Below, piece after piece: positions 53,959 to 61,875 of a stretch of 64,000 bases of DNA. How positions within the stretch are numbered: the first letter of the stretch is position 1; each line of letters starts with the position of its first letter. Source of the DNA: an uncultured delta proteobacterium (GTDB lineage Bacteria > Myxococcota_A > Polyangia > Palsa-1104); the NCBI GenBank assembly GCA_963785725.1, contig CAWAWS010000008.1, forward strand, positions 32,001 to 96,000. The letters run 5' to 3'. The notes under the pieces are model-generated. The model saw only the letters and a program-made list of their open reading frames with translations, was not told where the DNA came from and ran no database searches. Position numbers and translations under genes: made by a program.

Positions 53959-55659
53959 TCAGGGCGTAAAGTCGTACTCGCTGCCGCTGCAGGGATACGC
54001 CATGCCGCCCGGTCCGTCGCTGTTGAAGCCGTTGACGCAGCTCGAGTTGTTGTCGTCGACGTAGACGTTGATGGCGCGCTGGCCCGAGCGAACGTAGCTG
54101 AGCGTGGCGCTGTTGTCGCCGGCGTGGCGCGCCATGAACGCGTCGCCGATGGACAAGAAGTAGATGCCGTCGTTGTCGTAGGCGTCGAAGACCATGCCGC
54201 TCACCTCGCTCGGCTGATAGACGCGGTCGAGCGGGATGGCGAGCCGCTTCCACGCCGGGCTGCCGCCCATGTACGTGGCCGTCATCTGCGGGCCGTCGAG
54301 GGTCTCGCCGCTGGTCGTCTTCAGCCGCAACACGAAGCCGCCCGACACCGAGAGCGCGCACACTTTGTCGCCGCTGCCGCCGACGTCGGAGGCGTAGACG
54401 TCGACGAACAGGTATTGCTCGATGGGCAGCGTCTTGACGCCGTCGACCTTGCCCTCGCGGTGCAACTCGGAGTCGGTGATGCCGTAGAGCCACGGCGCGT
54501 ATTGGTCGACGAGCGCCTCGCGCCGGCCCGGCGACGTCGTAAAGCCGATGGCGTCGAGATCGAACGGCAGCGGGCGCACGGTGATGACGAAGGCGCTGTC
54601 GAGGCTGGCGTCGTTGCCGGGGTTCTGCGTGTTCCAGCCGGTGATGGCGCCGTCGGCCTCCTCGTCGCTGCCGGTGCCGCAGGTCTGGCCGTAGCCGCCG
54701 CGGCTCTCGAACAGCCGATTGTGACCGTCGCCGTAATAGAGGACGGGATGGGCGGCGATGAAGCGGAGCGCGCTCGTTCCGGTCGCCTCGCCGGTGCAGC
54801 GCAGCCACTCGGGCGTCGTCGTGCTGTAGTCGAAGACGGTCTCGATGTCGCAGCCGCGGCCCCAGCGCGCGTATTCGGCTTGCACGCCGGCCGCGCCGCC
54901 GCCGCAGTCGACCGCGGTGCCGCCGTTCTCGTTGGTGTAGACGATGACGTACTGCTGCGTCGCTTTGGACCAGCCGAGCACCATCGGCAGATCGTCGAAG
55001 CTCTTTTTCGTCGGCCACAAGAACACCGGCGCGTGCGCCAGGCCTTCGCCGGCGGCGCCGAGCGCGGTGGCCGACGTCAGCGTGGGCGCGCAGACGTGCG
55101 CGGCCTTCGTCGCCGCCGCGGCCGATAGCGCCGAGACGCGCAGCGCCACCGTGTCGCCGGCGGCGAGCGCGCCCAGGTTCATGCCGTAGGTGAACGAGGT
55201 CGCCCCTTGATGCAGCACGAGGTTGCCGACGAAGGTGCCGCCGCGCAGCACGTCGAGCACGAGCGCTTCGTTGCCGACTTGCGCCCACGACGTCGCCGAT
55301 GCTGACTGCGCAGCGACGGTAAAGGCGAACTCGTCGCTGCTGGCCGCGGTGGCGACGACGGTCGGCGCCGTGTCGGTCACGTCGAAGCAGCCGGCGCCGG
55401 CCGGCGCGGCGAGGTCACCGCCCGCCGCCAAATCGCCGCCGCCGGTCGGGTTCGCGAGGTCGGCACCGGCCGTCGGGTTCGCGAGGTCGGCACCATTGGC
55501 ATTCGCGAGATCGGCTGCGACGGCGAGGTCGAATGCGGCGCCTTCGGCGCGGCCGCCGTCGGCGGCGTGACCGCCGGGCGCGCTCGACGCACACGCCGAC
55601 GCCCACACAGTCGCGAACAGGAGGCCGTGACGACGAGCGGACGAGAGCGGCAGTCGCAT
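53959..55659 (-). CDS. Large hypothetical lipoprotein with a DLA-repeat linker
   Basis: Lipobox WASAC; ADLANP repeats; conserved-looking YTNENGGT..ARWGR..DIE motif; strong codon bias. Confidence 0.75.
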   Translation of the reverse strand: MRLPLSSARRHGLLFATVWASACASSAPGGHAADGGRAEGAAFDLAVAADLANANGADLANPTAGADLANPTGGGDLAAGGDLAAPAGAGCFDVTDTAPTVVATAASSDEFAFTVAAQSASATSWAQVGNEALVLDVLRGGTFVGNLVLHQGATSFTYGMNLGALAAGDTVALRVSALSAAAATKAAHVCAPTLTSATALGAAGEGLAHAPVFLWPTKKSFDDLPMVLGWSKATQQYVIVYTNENGGTAVDCGGGAAGVQAEYARWGRGCDIETVFDYSTTTPEWLRCTGEATGTSALRFIAAHPVLYYGDGHNRLFESRGGYGQTCGTGSDEEADGAITGWNTQNPGNDASLDSAFVITVRPLPFDLDAIGFTTSPGRREALVDQYAPWLYGITDSELHREGKVDGVKTLPIEQYLFVDVYASDVGGSGDKVCALSVSGGFVLRLKTTSGETLDGPQMTATYMGGSPAWKRLAIPLDRVYQPSEVSGMVFDAYDNDGIYFLSIGDAFMARHAGDNSATLSYVRSGQRAINVYVDDNNSSCVNGFNSDGPGGMAYPCSGSEYDFTP

Positions 55660-55843
55660 GGCCGGCGAGGCTAGAAGCGCGCGTCGCGACGGTCCAGCAT
55701 TGCCGGCGGCGCGGCGCAGAATTTTCGCGCCGGTTGCATTCGTCGGCCGGGTCGTTGCCGACCGTTCACGGCGACTTCGCGCGCGACGTGGCGCCGGCAT
55801 CGCGGGCGCGCCGGCGTTTCCGCGCGGGAATCGGTCGGCGCCG

Positions 55844-56389
55844 TCAACGCGCGTCGTGGTCGAGGCGGGCGGCGAAGCTGCGGGCGAGCGTGACGATGAC
55901 CGCCGCCGGCATGACGAGCCAGACGGCGTTGGGTGCGATGACGATGCCGAGGAAGCCGGTGACGTTGCCGGAGTCCAAGACGTGCTTGGTGAACCCGAGG
56001 CGACCGCAGATCTCGACGAGGAAATAGAGCACCGTCTTCCAGAACGTCGCCACGGTGACGATGAGCGCGCCGACCGCGCCGGCGCGGCTGCGACGATTGA
56101 AGAGCACCCACGCGATCACGACGACCTCGAGGAGGTTGCCCCAGCTTTGCGCGCTGCCGAAGGCGTCGAAGGCGGCGTAACGCGCGTCGTAGGTCGCGTA
56201 GAGGTGATGGCCGGGCCACAGAAAGCCGATGGGGCCGCCGACGTCGGACAGGGGCTTGGTGAGCACGAAGAGCGCGTCGTAGGTCTGAATCAGGCCGGAG
56301 ATGAGCAGCCAGATGCAGATCCAGCGCGGCAAGAGCGGCTTGGTTGCGCCGGCCGACGGCGACTGCGAGCTCGCGGAGGTGGAGGTCAT
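55844..56389 (-). CDS. EXPERA/emopamil-binding-protein-like membrane protein
   Basis: About four to five TM helices; W...YDA.FVL.KP..GG...LW....Y..YD.RY, AQSWGNLLE and KTVLYF..E motifs. Confidence 0.6.
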   Translation of the reverse strand: MTSTSASSQSPSAGATKPLLPRWICIWLLISGLIQTYDALFVLTKPLSDVGGPIGFLWPGHHLYATYDARYAAFDAFGSAQSWGNLLEVVVIAWVLFNRRSRAGAVGALIVTVATFWKTVLYFLVEICGRLGFTKHVLDSGNVTGFLGIVIAPNAVWLVMPAAVIVTLARSFAARLDHDAR

Positions 56390-56493
56390 GACCCCATCGT
56401 AAACGATCCGCGCGCGACAAGGCCGTCCCGATCGGCAGCGGCGAACGCGGGTGCATCGGCCGACGGCGTCCAGCAAGGCCGCCCGCGACGCGC

Positions 56494-56532
56494 AAAAAAA
56501 TGGCGCGCCGATCGGGTGTCGAGCGGCGCGCC
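56494..56532 (-). terminator. Intrinsic terminator downstream of the small peptide gene
   Basis: Minus strand: GGCGCGCCG-13 nt loop-CGGCGCGCC-A-TTTTTTT. Confidence 0.75.
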
Positions 56533-56560
56533 GGTGAAGCTTCGCGATCGCGGGTCGCGC

Positions 56561-56731
56561 TTACTGGAGCGTCGGATCGTGCGACGAGTGCGTGGTCACC
56601 GTCGACGGCGGGACGGTGCACTTGAGCTGGCTGGCGCCACCGACCTGACCCGTCTCTTGGGTCGACAACGTGCGCAACGTCTCTTTGGTGAGCTTGAGCT
56701 GCTTCTTCGGCTGGGCGTGCTGCTTCTTCAT
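56561..56731 (-). CDS. 56-aa putative RiPP precursor peptide (double-Gly leader)
   Basis: GAGGAG RBS; MKKQHAQPKKQLKLTKETLRTLSTQETGQVGG / ASQLKCTVPPSTVTTHSSHDPTLQ. Confidence 0.7.
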   Translation of the reverse strand: MKKQHAQPKKQLKLTKETLRTLSTQETGQVGGASQLKCTVPPSTVTTHSSHDPTLQ

Positions 56732-56775
56732 TGCGGGCTCCTCGCGCGAGCGTCTGCACTCGCGCTGTCCCGCAG

Positions 56776-56791
56776 TGCAACGCCTAGGCCG
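56776..56791 (-). promoter_or_regulatory. Putative sigma54 promoter for the peptide gene
   Basis: Minus strand reads CGGCCTAGGCGTTGCA (GG-N10-GC, TTGCA), about 45 nt upstream of the ATG. Confidence 0.5.
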
Positions 56792-56905
56792 CGCGCAACT
56801 CGGCGCCACGTGCGGATGACCGTCGCTGTTGTTGCCGTGGACGCAGCGATCTCGCTCACGCTGATGGTCCCCGCGTCCACACGTGTGATCGCGATCGCGG
56901 CGTCG

Positions 56906-58027
56906 TCAGTCGGCGCGTCCGAGCGCGCGATCGCGCCAGTCGAGGAGCGGCCGCTCGACGATCGCATGCAGCCCGAGCGCGACCACGAGCGACGTCGCCA
57001 GGCAGCAGACGAACATGGCGCTGCCGTCGCGCGCGAGCCGGTGCGGCGCCAGCGTTTGCGTCAGGTGAATGCTGGCTTTGTGCGTCAGATAGAGCGCATA
57101 CGACAGCGTCGCCAACGCGTCGGTCGGCCGCCATGCGCGCCGCGCGAGGAGCCCGTCGGGCGCGAGCGCGGCGAGCAGCAAGAGGCCGTAGGCGATGGCG
57201 ATCCACGGGAACGCGACGATCGAGCCCACGAACGATTGCGCGTCACCGAAGAGCCGCGCGGTGCCGATCAAGAGCGCGACGGCGACGACGAGGAGGCGCG
57301 CGTCGTGACGCGTGAGCGCGGCGCGCAGCGTCGGGCGCAGCCGATCGGCGGCGGCGATGGCGACGCCGACCAAGAGCCCGTCGAGGCGCGACCACGTCGG
57401 ATAATAGATCCACTCGTACCAGACGAAGGCGGCGGCGTGCGACGGCGCGACGATCCGCGCGAAGCTCACGCCGCGCACGACGCAGCCGGCGATGAGCAGC
57501 GCCGGCAGCCACGCAAAACGCCCGCGCCCGGCGCGCAGCCGCGTCGACGCGAGGAGCGCGAGCGGCAGCACGAGGTAGAACTGCTCTTCGATGCAGAGCG
57601 ACCAGGCGTGCGAGAACGTGCCCGACGTCCGCAGGTCGAGCCCGATATTCTGCGTGAAGGTGACAAAGCGCCACAGAGGTGGCAGCGCTTCGCGCTCATG
57701 AATCGCCGGCCACAGCGCGTAGGCCCCGAGCACGACCAGATAGGCCGGCACGATGCGCACGAGCCGCTTGAAGTAGAAGCGCCGCAGCGAAAACGTGCCC
57801 GTCTTGGCGATCGACTGAAACAGCTGCCGCGCGATGAGAAAGCCGCTCAAGACGAAGAAGAGGTCGACGCCGGTCCAGCCGAAGCGGCCGACGCGGTCGA
57901 TCCACGCCGGATGGGCGAACGCGCGGTAGTGAAAGAGGAAGACGAGCGCGATGGCGAGCGCGCGCAAATGGGTCAGGCCGACGAGCGTCTCGGAGGTCGG
58001 CCGCGCGCCAGCGCCGGAAGCGGACAT
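56906..58027 (-). CDS. Acyltransferase family 3 (OafA/OatA-like) membrane protein
   Basis: LRALAIALV..FH, GVDLFFVLSGFLI, R..RIVPAY, HAWSLCIEEQFY and SYALYLTH motifs. Confidence 0.92.
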   Translation of the reverse strand: MSASGAGARPTSETLVGLTHLRALAIALVFLFHYRAFAHPAWIDRVGRFGWTGVDLFFVLSGFLIARQLFQSIAKTGTFSLRRFYFKRLVRIVPAYLVVLGAYALWPAIHEREALPPLWRFVTFTQNIGLDLRTSGTFSHAWSLCIEEQFYLVLPLALLASTRLRAGRGRFAWLPALLIAGCVVRGVSFARIVAPSHAAAFVWYEWIYYPTWSRLDGLLVGVAIAAADRLRPTLRAALTRHDARLLVVAVALLIGTARLFGDAQSFVGSIVAFPWIAIAYGLLLLAALAPDGLLARRAWRPTDALATLSYALYLTHKASIHLTQTLAPHRLARDGSAMFVCCLATSLVVALGLHAIVERPLLDWRDRALGRAD

Positions 58028-58560
58028 GACGCCGCCACTGTACGTTCAGTCGGGCGGCTCGGGAATGGGCGCCTCGTCACGTCGCCGCACGACCATGGGC
58101 CGATCGACGCCGCCTGCCGGACCATCGACGGCGTGCGGACCGAGCTGCAGCCATTGCCGTGTGCGCGACAGCACAATCGTCGCGGCGCGAAGCGGCGTCA
58201 GTCGATCCCGCGCGCCTGACGCCGGGCCGTGCAGATCTCGCAGCGGCGCCACTGGGTGTGGTCGTCGAATTCCGACCGTGCGCCCGACCGATTGAGCCGT
58301 GAATGCGAGTGATGTTTATTGCTCATATTTGCATTCGCACATTGCACGCGTCATTCGACGTCAATTGAACGATTGCAATCGCGACTGGGTTTGCGACGCT
58401 CGCAATCGACGCTGTAACGGCGACGGGAAACTCGGCGACCAACGGGAAACGATTGGCCGGCTAAGTGAACGGCGCGTTTCCTCGTGAGCGAATCGCGCGC
58501 GTCTGATGCGCGCAAACAGACGGGTCTCAGCCGACGCGTTCATTGATACCGATTGGGCGC

Positions 58561-59472
58561 ATGAACAAACGCGCGCTCTTCGCCATTCCGCCTCAGTCCA
58601 TCTCCGGCGTCTTACTCGCCTGCGTCATCGCGGGCAGCGCCGCGCCGGCCGACGCGCAAGAGGCGGACGCCACGTTGCCGCCGGTCACGCCGGTGATGAC
58701 GTATCTGTCGCAGCTGCCCGCCGAGAAATACGGCGAGCTGGCGCTCGGTAAGCTCTTCGCCGCCGGCACCGCGACCTACGTTCCCGTCGGCAACGGCACC
58801 GGCTTTCCCGTGCTCTTCCACAGCGTGCCCGAGCTCGACGCGCTGGCGAGCCAGCTGTGGGGCGGCAAGACCTTCCGCGTCACGCCCGGCCAGACGCAGC
58901 CGAACGGCGATCCCGTGGTCACGCTCGACAACAAGATCGTGAAGCTCCCCGACGGCAGCGGGCTCTTCAACCTCTTCGACGCCTACGTCACGCGCAACGT
59001 CGTCGGCGCCGAGAAAGTCGGCACCAACGGCAAGGGCGAGGTCGTGCCGACGCCGACGGGCGCGCTGGCGCCGGCGGCGGTGTCGTTCCTGAAGGAGCCG
59101 GTCATCATCGACAATCAGCCGTCGATTTGGCTCAACTACTTCGGCGACACGACGCTGCCGATCATTCGCCGCATCCTCGACGAGATCCGCGAGATCGACG
59201 GCGTGCGCTGCCCGGGCCTGTTCCTCGGCCGCGCCCACGTTCGTCGCTGCACGAGCCTCAGCTGCGGCGAGGTGCCGTCTCCGATCGTCGACACCCTCGA
59301 GTCGTTGACCGTCGACACCCGCTATCAGTGGAACTTCTGGACCTACTTCATCCTCAATTTCGGCCAGCCGAGCGGCTCGAGCTGCGACATCAGCGCCGCG
59401 GTGCAGTCGGCCGTCACGCAGCTCGCGGCCGAAGGTTACGACGCCGCGCTGCCGGCGCCGCCGACGAACTGA
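58561..59472 (+). CDS. Secreted hypothetical protein
   Basis: Signal peptide ending ADA; LWGGKTF, DNQPSIWLNY and ILDEIREI..GLFLG motifs. Confidence 0.7.
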   Translation: MNKRALFAIPPQSISGVLLACVIAGSAAPADAQEADATLPPVTPVMTYLSQLPAEKYGELALGKLFAAGTATYVPVGNGTGFPVLFHSVPELDALASQLWGGKTFRVTPGQTQPNGDPVVTLDNKIVKLPDGSGLFNLFDAYVTRNVVGAEKVGTNGKGEVVPTPTGALAPAAVSFLKEPVIIDNQPSIWLNYFGDTTLPIIRRILDEIREIDGVRCPGLFLGRAHVRRCTSLSCGEVPSPIVDTLESLTVDTRYQWNFWTYFILNFGQPSGSSCDISAAVQSAVTQLAAEGYDAALPAPPTN

Positions 59473-59511
59473 ATCGCGCGCCCGCCCATTCGTATTGCAA
59501 AGGAGAGCTGA

Positions 59512-61785
59512 ATGAATCGAATGTTCAACGTGAGAATGACGGCGATTGCGATCGCGGCGAGCCTCGGCGGCTGCGCGAATTCGCCGTCGAGCCCCAACCT
59601 CGGCACCTATTCGCTGCCGGTGCAGCCGGCCGTGGCGTCGCCCAACGACCGCTTCGCCGGCTTCGAAGCGTCGGGCGCCGACGTTTACGGCATCAAAGGC
59701 TACCTGCCGCCCAACAGCGAGCTCGCCGATCAGTATTACGACATGACCGATCACCAGCGCCTCGGCCTGGCGACGTGGCACCTGTTCGCCGCCGAGCGCG
59801 GCGACTTCTTCCGCACGTCGCAGAAGGTGACGTGGAACGGCCAGAACATGCTGCGCGTGATCGACTCGCGCGGCCGCGACAATCAGTTCGAGCGCACCGG
59901 CCTCATCAATGATCCCGATTGCACGAAGCGCACGACGCCCGACGCGTTCGGCCTCTACATCGCCGATTGCCCGAAAGATCCCTATTCGACCGGCATCGTC
60001 GGCTTGCGTCTGCGCCCGAACCCCGACTTCGATCCGGTCAAGTGGGCGGCGCTGGGCAACGGCGACGTCAACGCCGCCGCGACCAACTGGATGCGCCCGC
60101 CGGTCGATCGCTTCGAGTGGAAGAGCGACGCTTACGCCGCCGTCGATGCGGTCGAGCCGCCGTACGAAGTGGCCATGGCCTGCACCATCTGCCACGCCGC
60201 GCCCAACCCGCTGGCGCCGCCGGCGAACGTCAACCAGGCGACATGGAAGAACATCGTCTTCGCCTTCGGCAATCAGTACTTCAAAGAGGGCCAGATCTTC
60301 GGCGACGGCGTGCCGAGCGACGACTTCCTGCGCCAGGTGCTCGACTCGCAGCATCCGGGCACGTCGGATACGTCGCGCATGGCGACCGATCACATCCACA
60401 ACCCGAACGTCATCAACTCGATCTTCAACCTGCCGTTCCGCCCGCTGCATCAGGAGCGCGTCAAGGAGTTCGACGCCAGCGGCCTCGCCGTCGACAACCC
60501 CGACATCAAGGCCGGCACCTGCGACGGCACGACCTGCGAAGTCGACACCTATCGCGTCTTGAAGGACGGCGCCGATTCGTCGGGCGTCTCGGGCGCGGCC
60601 TTGCGCGTCTTCATCAACATCGGCTCCTGCTTCGGCCAATTCTCCGCGCACATGGATCCGGTGTGGGGCAAGGCCTATCCCGAGTCGCCGCTGTCGCGCC
60701 GCGACCTGTACGAGAACTGCCCCGACTACGCGCATTTGACGGCGAACGCGCCGGCGCTCATCGACTACCTGCGCTTCCTCACGCCCTATCAGCTCAAGGA
60801 CGCGCCCGGCGGCGCCGCGGTCGTCAAGTCGTGGACCGATCCGCAGATTCAGCTCGGCCGCCAGGTGTACGCCGAGGAGTGCGCGACCTGCCATTCGTCG
60901 AAGCAGCCGGAGTACCCGACGGGCACGCCGGTGCGCGCGGACACGCTGTGGGAGCAGACGTTCGCGGCCTGGCCGCTTCAGCAGCAGCAGGCGTGGCTCA
61001 AAGACCCGACGCGCATCGCCTGGTTCAAGACGCAGGTCGAGGATCCGGCCTTCTTCCAGCAGAACTACCTGTCCGACGAGCGCCGCTATCCCTTGCAGCT
61101 CATCGGCACCAACGGCGCGCGCGCGCTCGGCACCAACGCCGGCCCGACGGGCGTGTGGGCCGAGTACGCGTCGGTCGACTATCAGACGATGATTCCGGCG
61201 CTGATCCCGCTCTACACGTTCACGCTCGGCATGATTCAGCTGCAGGCGACGGTGCCCGGTCCGGTCGGTCGCGGCTACTACCGCACGCCGTCCTTGTGGA
61301 ACGTGTGGTCGACGGCGCCGTTCCTCAACAACAACAGCTTGGGCACGTTCGGCGGCGGCGTCGACACCGCGAGCCGCTTGGCCGTCTTCGAGGACTCGAT
61401 CGAGCAGCTGCTCGGCATGAAGCCGCGCCCGACCGAGATCACGTACACCAACCGCTTCAGCGCGCTCACGACCATCCCGATCGAGCTCCCGGCCTTGCCG
61501 TTCCCGATCCCGGGCGTCGATCTCAACAAGCTCAAGTTGGGGCTGCCGATTCCGCCCGGCGTTCCCGTCTCGGCCGTCGCCGACCTGGAGCTCAGCCTGC
61601 ACGACGTGGGCACGTTCACGCTCACCGATTACCTGAGCTTCCTCGTCGACCCGCAATACTTCATGGACAAGCTCAAGGACTTCATCCCCGTCTTCGATCC
61701 CGTCGAGAACAAGGGCCACACGTTCGGCAACGACCGCACCGTCGCCGAGAAGCAGGCGCTCATCGAGTTCTTGAAGACGCTGTAG
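59512..61785 (+). CDS. Di-heme c-type cytochrome lipoprotein (RoxA / CcP-MauG superfamily-like)
   Basis: AAGGAG RBS; lipobox SLGGC; two CxxCH motifs (CTICH, CATCH); GYYRTPSLWNVWSTAPFLNNNS; C-terminal NKGHTFG...LIEFLKTL. Confidence 0.8.
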   Translation: MNRMFNVRMTAIAIAASLGGCANSPSSPNLGTYSLPVQPAVASPNDRFAGFEASGADVYGIKGYLPPNSELADQYYDMTDHQRLGLATWHLFAAERGDFFRTSQKVTWNGQNMLRVIDSRGRDNQFERTGLINDPDCTKRTTPDAFGLYIADCPKDPYSTGIVGLRLRPNPDFDPVKWAALGNGDVNAAATNWMRPPVDRFEWKSDAYAAVDAVEPPYEVAMACTICHAAPNPLAPPANVNQATWKNIVFAFGNQYFKEGQIFGDGVPSDDFLRQVLDSQHPGTSDTSRMATDHIHNPNVINSIFNLPFRPLHQERVKEFDASGLAVDNPDIKAGTCDGTTCEVDTYRVLKDGADSSGVSGAALRVFINIGSCFGQFSAHMDPVWGKAYPESPLSRRDLYENCPDYAHLTANAPALIDYLRFLTPYQLKDAPGGAAVVKSWTDPQIQLGRQVYAEECATCHSSKQPEYPTGTPVRADTLWEQTFAAWPLQQQQAWLKDPTRIAWFKTQVEDPAFFQQNYLSDERRYPLQLIGTNGARALGTNAGPTGVWAEYASVDYQTMIPALIPLYTFTLGMIQLQATVPGPVGRGYYRTPSLWNVWSTAPFLNNNSLGTFGGGVDTASRLAVFEDSIEQLLGMKPRPTEITYTNRFSALTTIPIELPALPFPIPGVDLNKLKLGLPIPPGVPVSAVADLELSLHDVGTFTLTDYLSFLVDPQYFMDKLKDFIPVFDPVENKGHTFGNDRTVAEKQALIEFLKTL

Positions 61786-61817
61786 CGCATTCGTAAGTGC
61801 TTACGTAAGTAAACGTT

Positions 61818-61861
61818 CGCGGGGTCGGCGCGCTCGGGTAGGCGCCGGCCCCGCGTTTTTT
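61818..61861 (+). terminator. Intrinsic terminator between the di-heme and GMC genes
   Basis: CGCGGGGTCGGCGC-loop-GCGCCGGCCCCGCG-TTTTTT. Confidence 0.75.
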
Positions 61862-61875
61862 CGCTTGGGAGTCCC

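Noticed and set aside
58400..58470. Possible cobalamin or c-di-GMP riboswitch (GCTGTAA, GGGAAAC elements)
   Set aside because: Only short fragments match and the required conserved stems could not be built by eye; an Rfam scan would settle it
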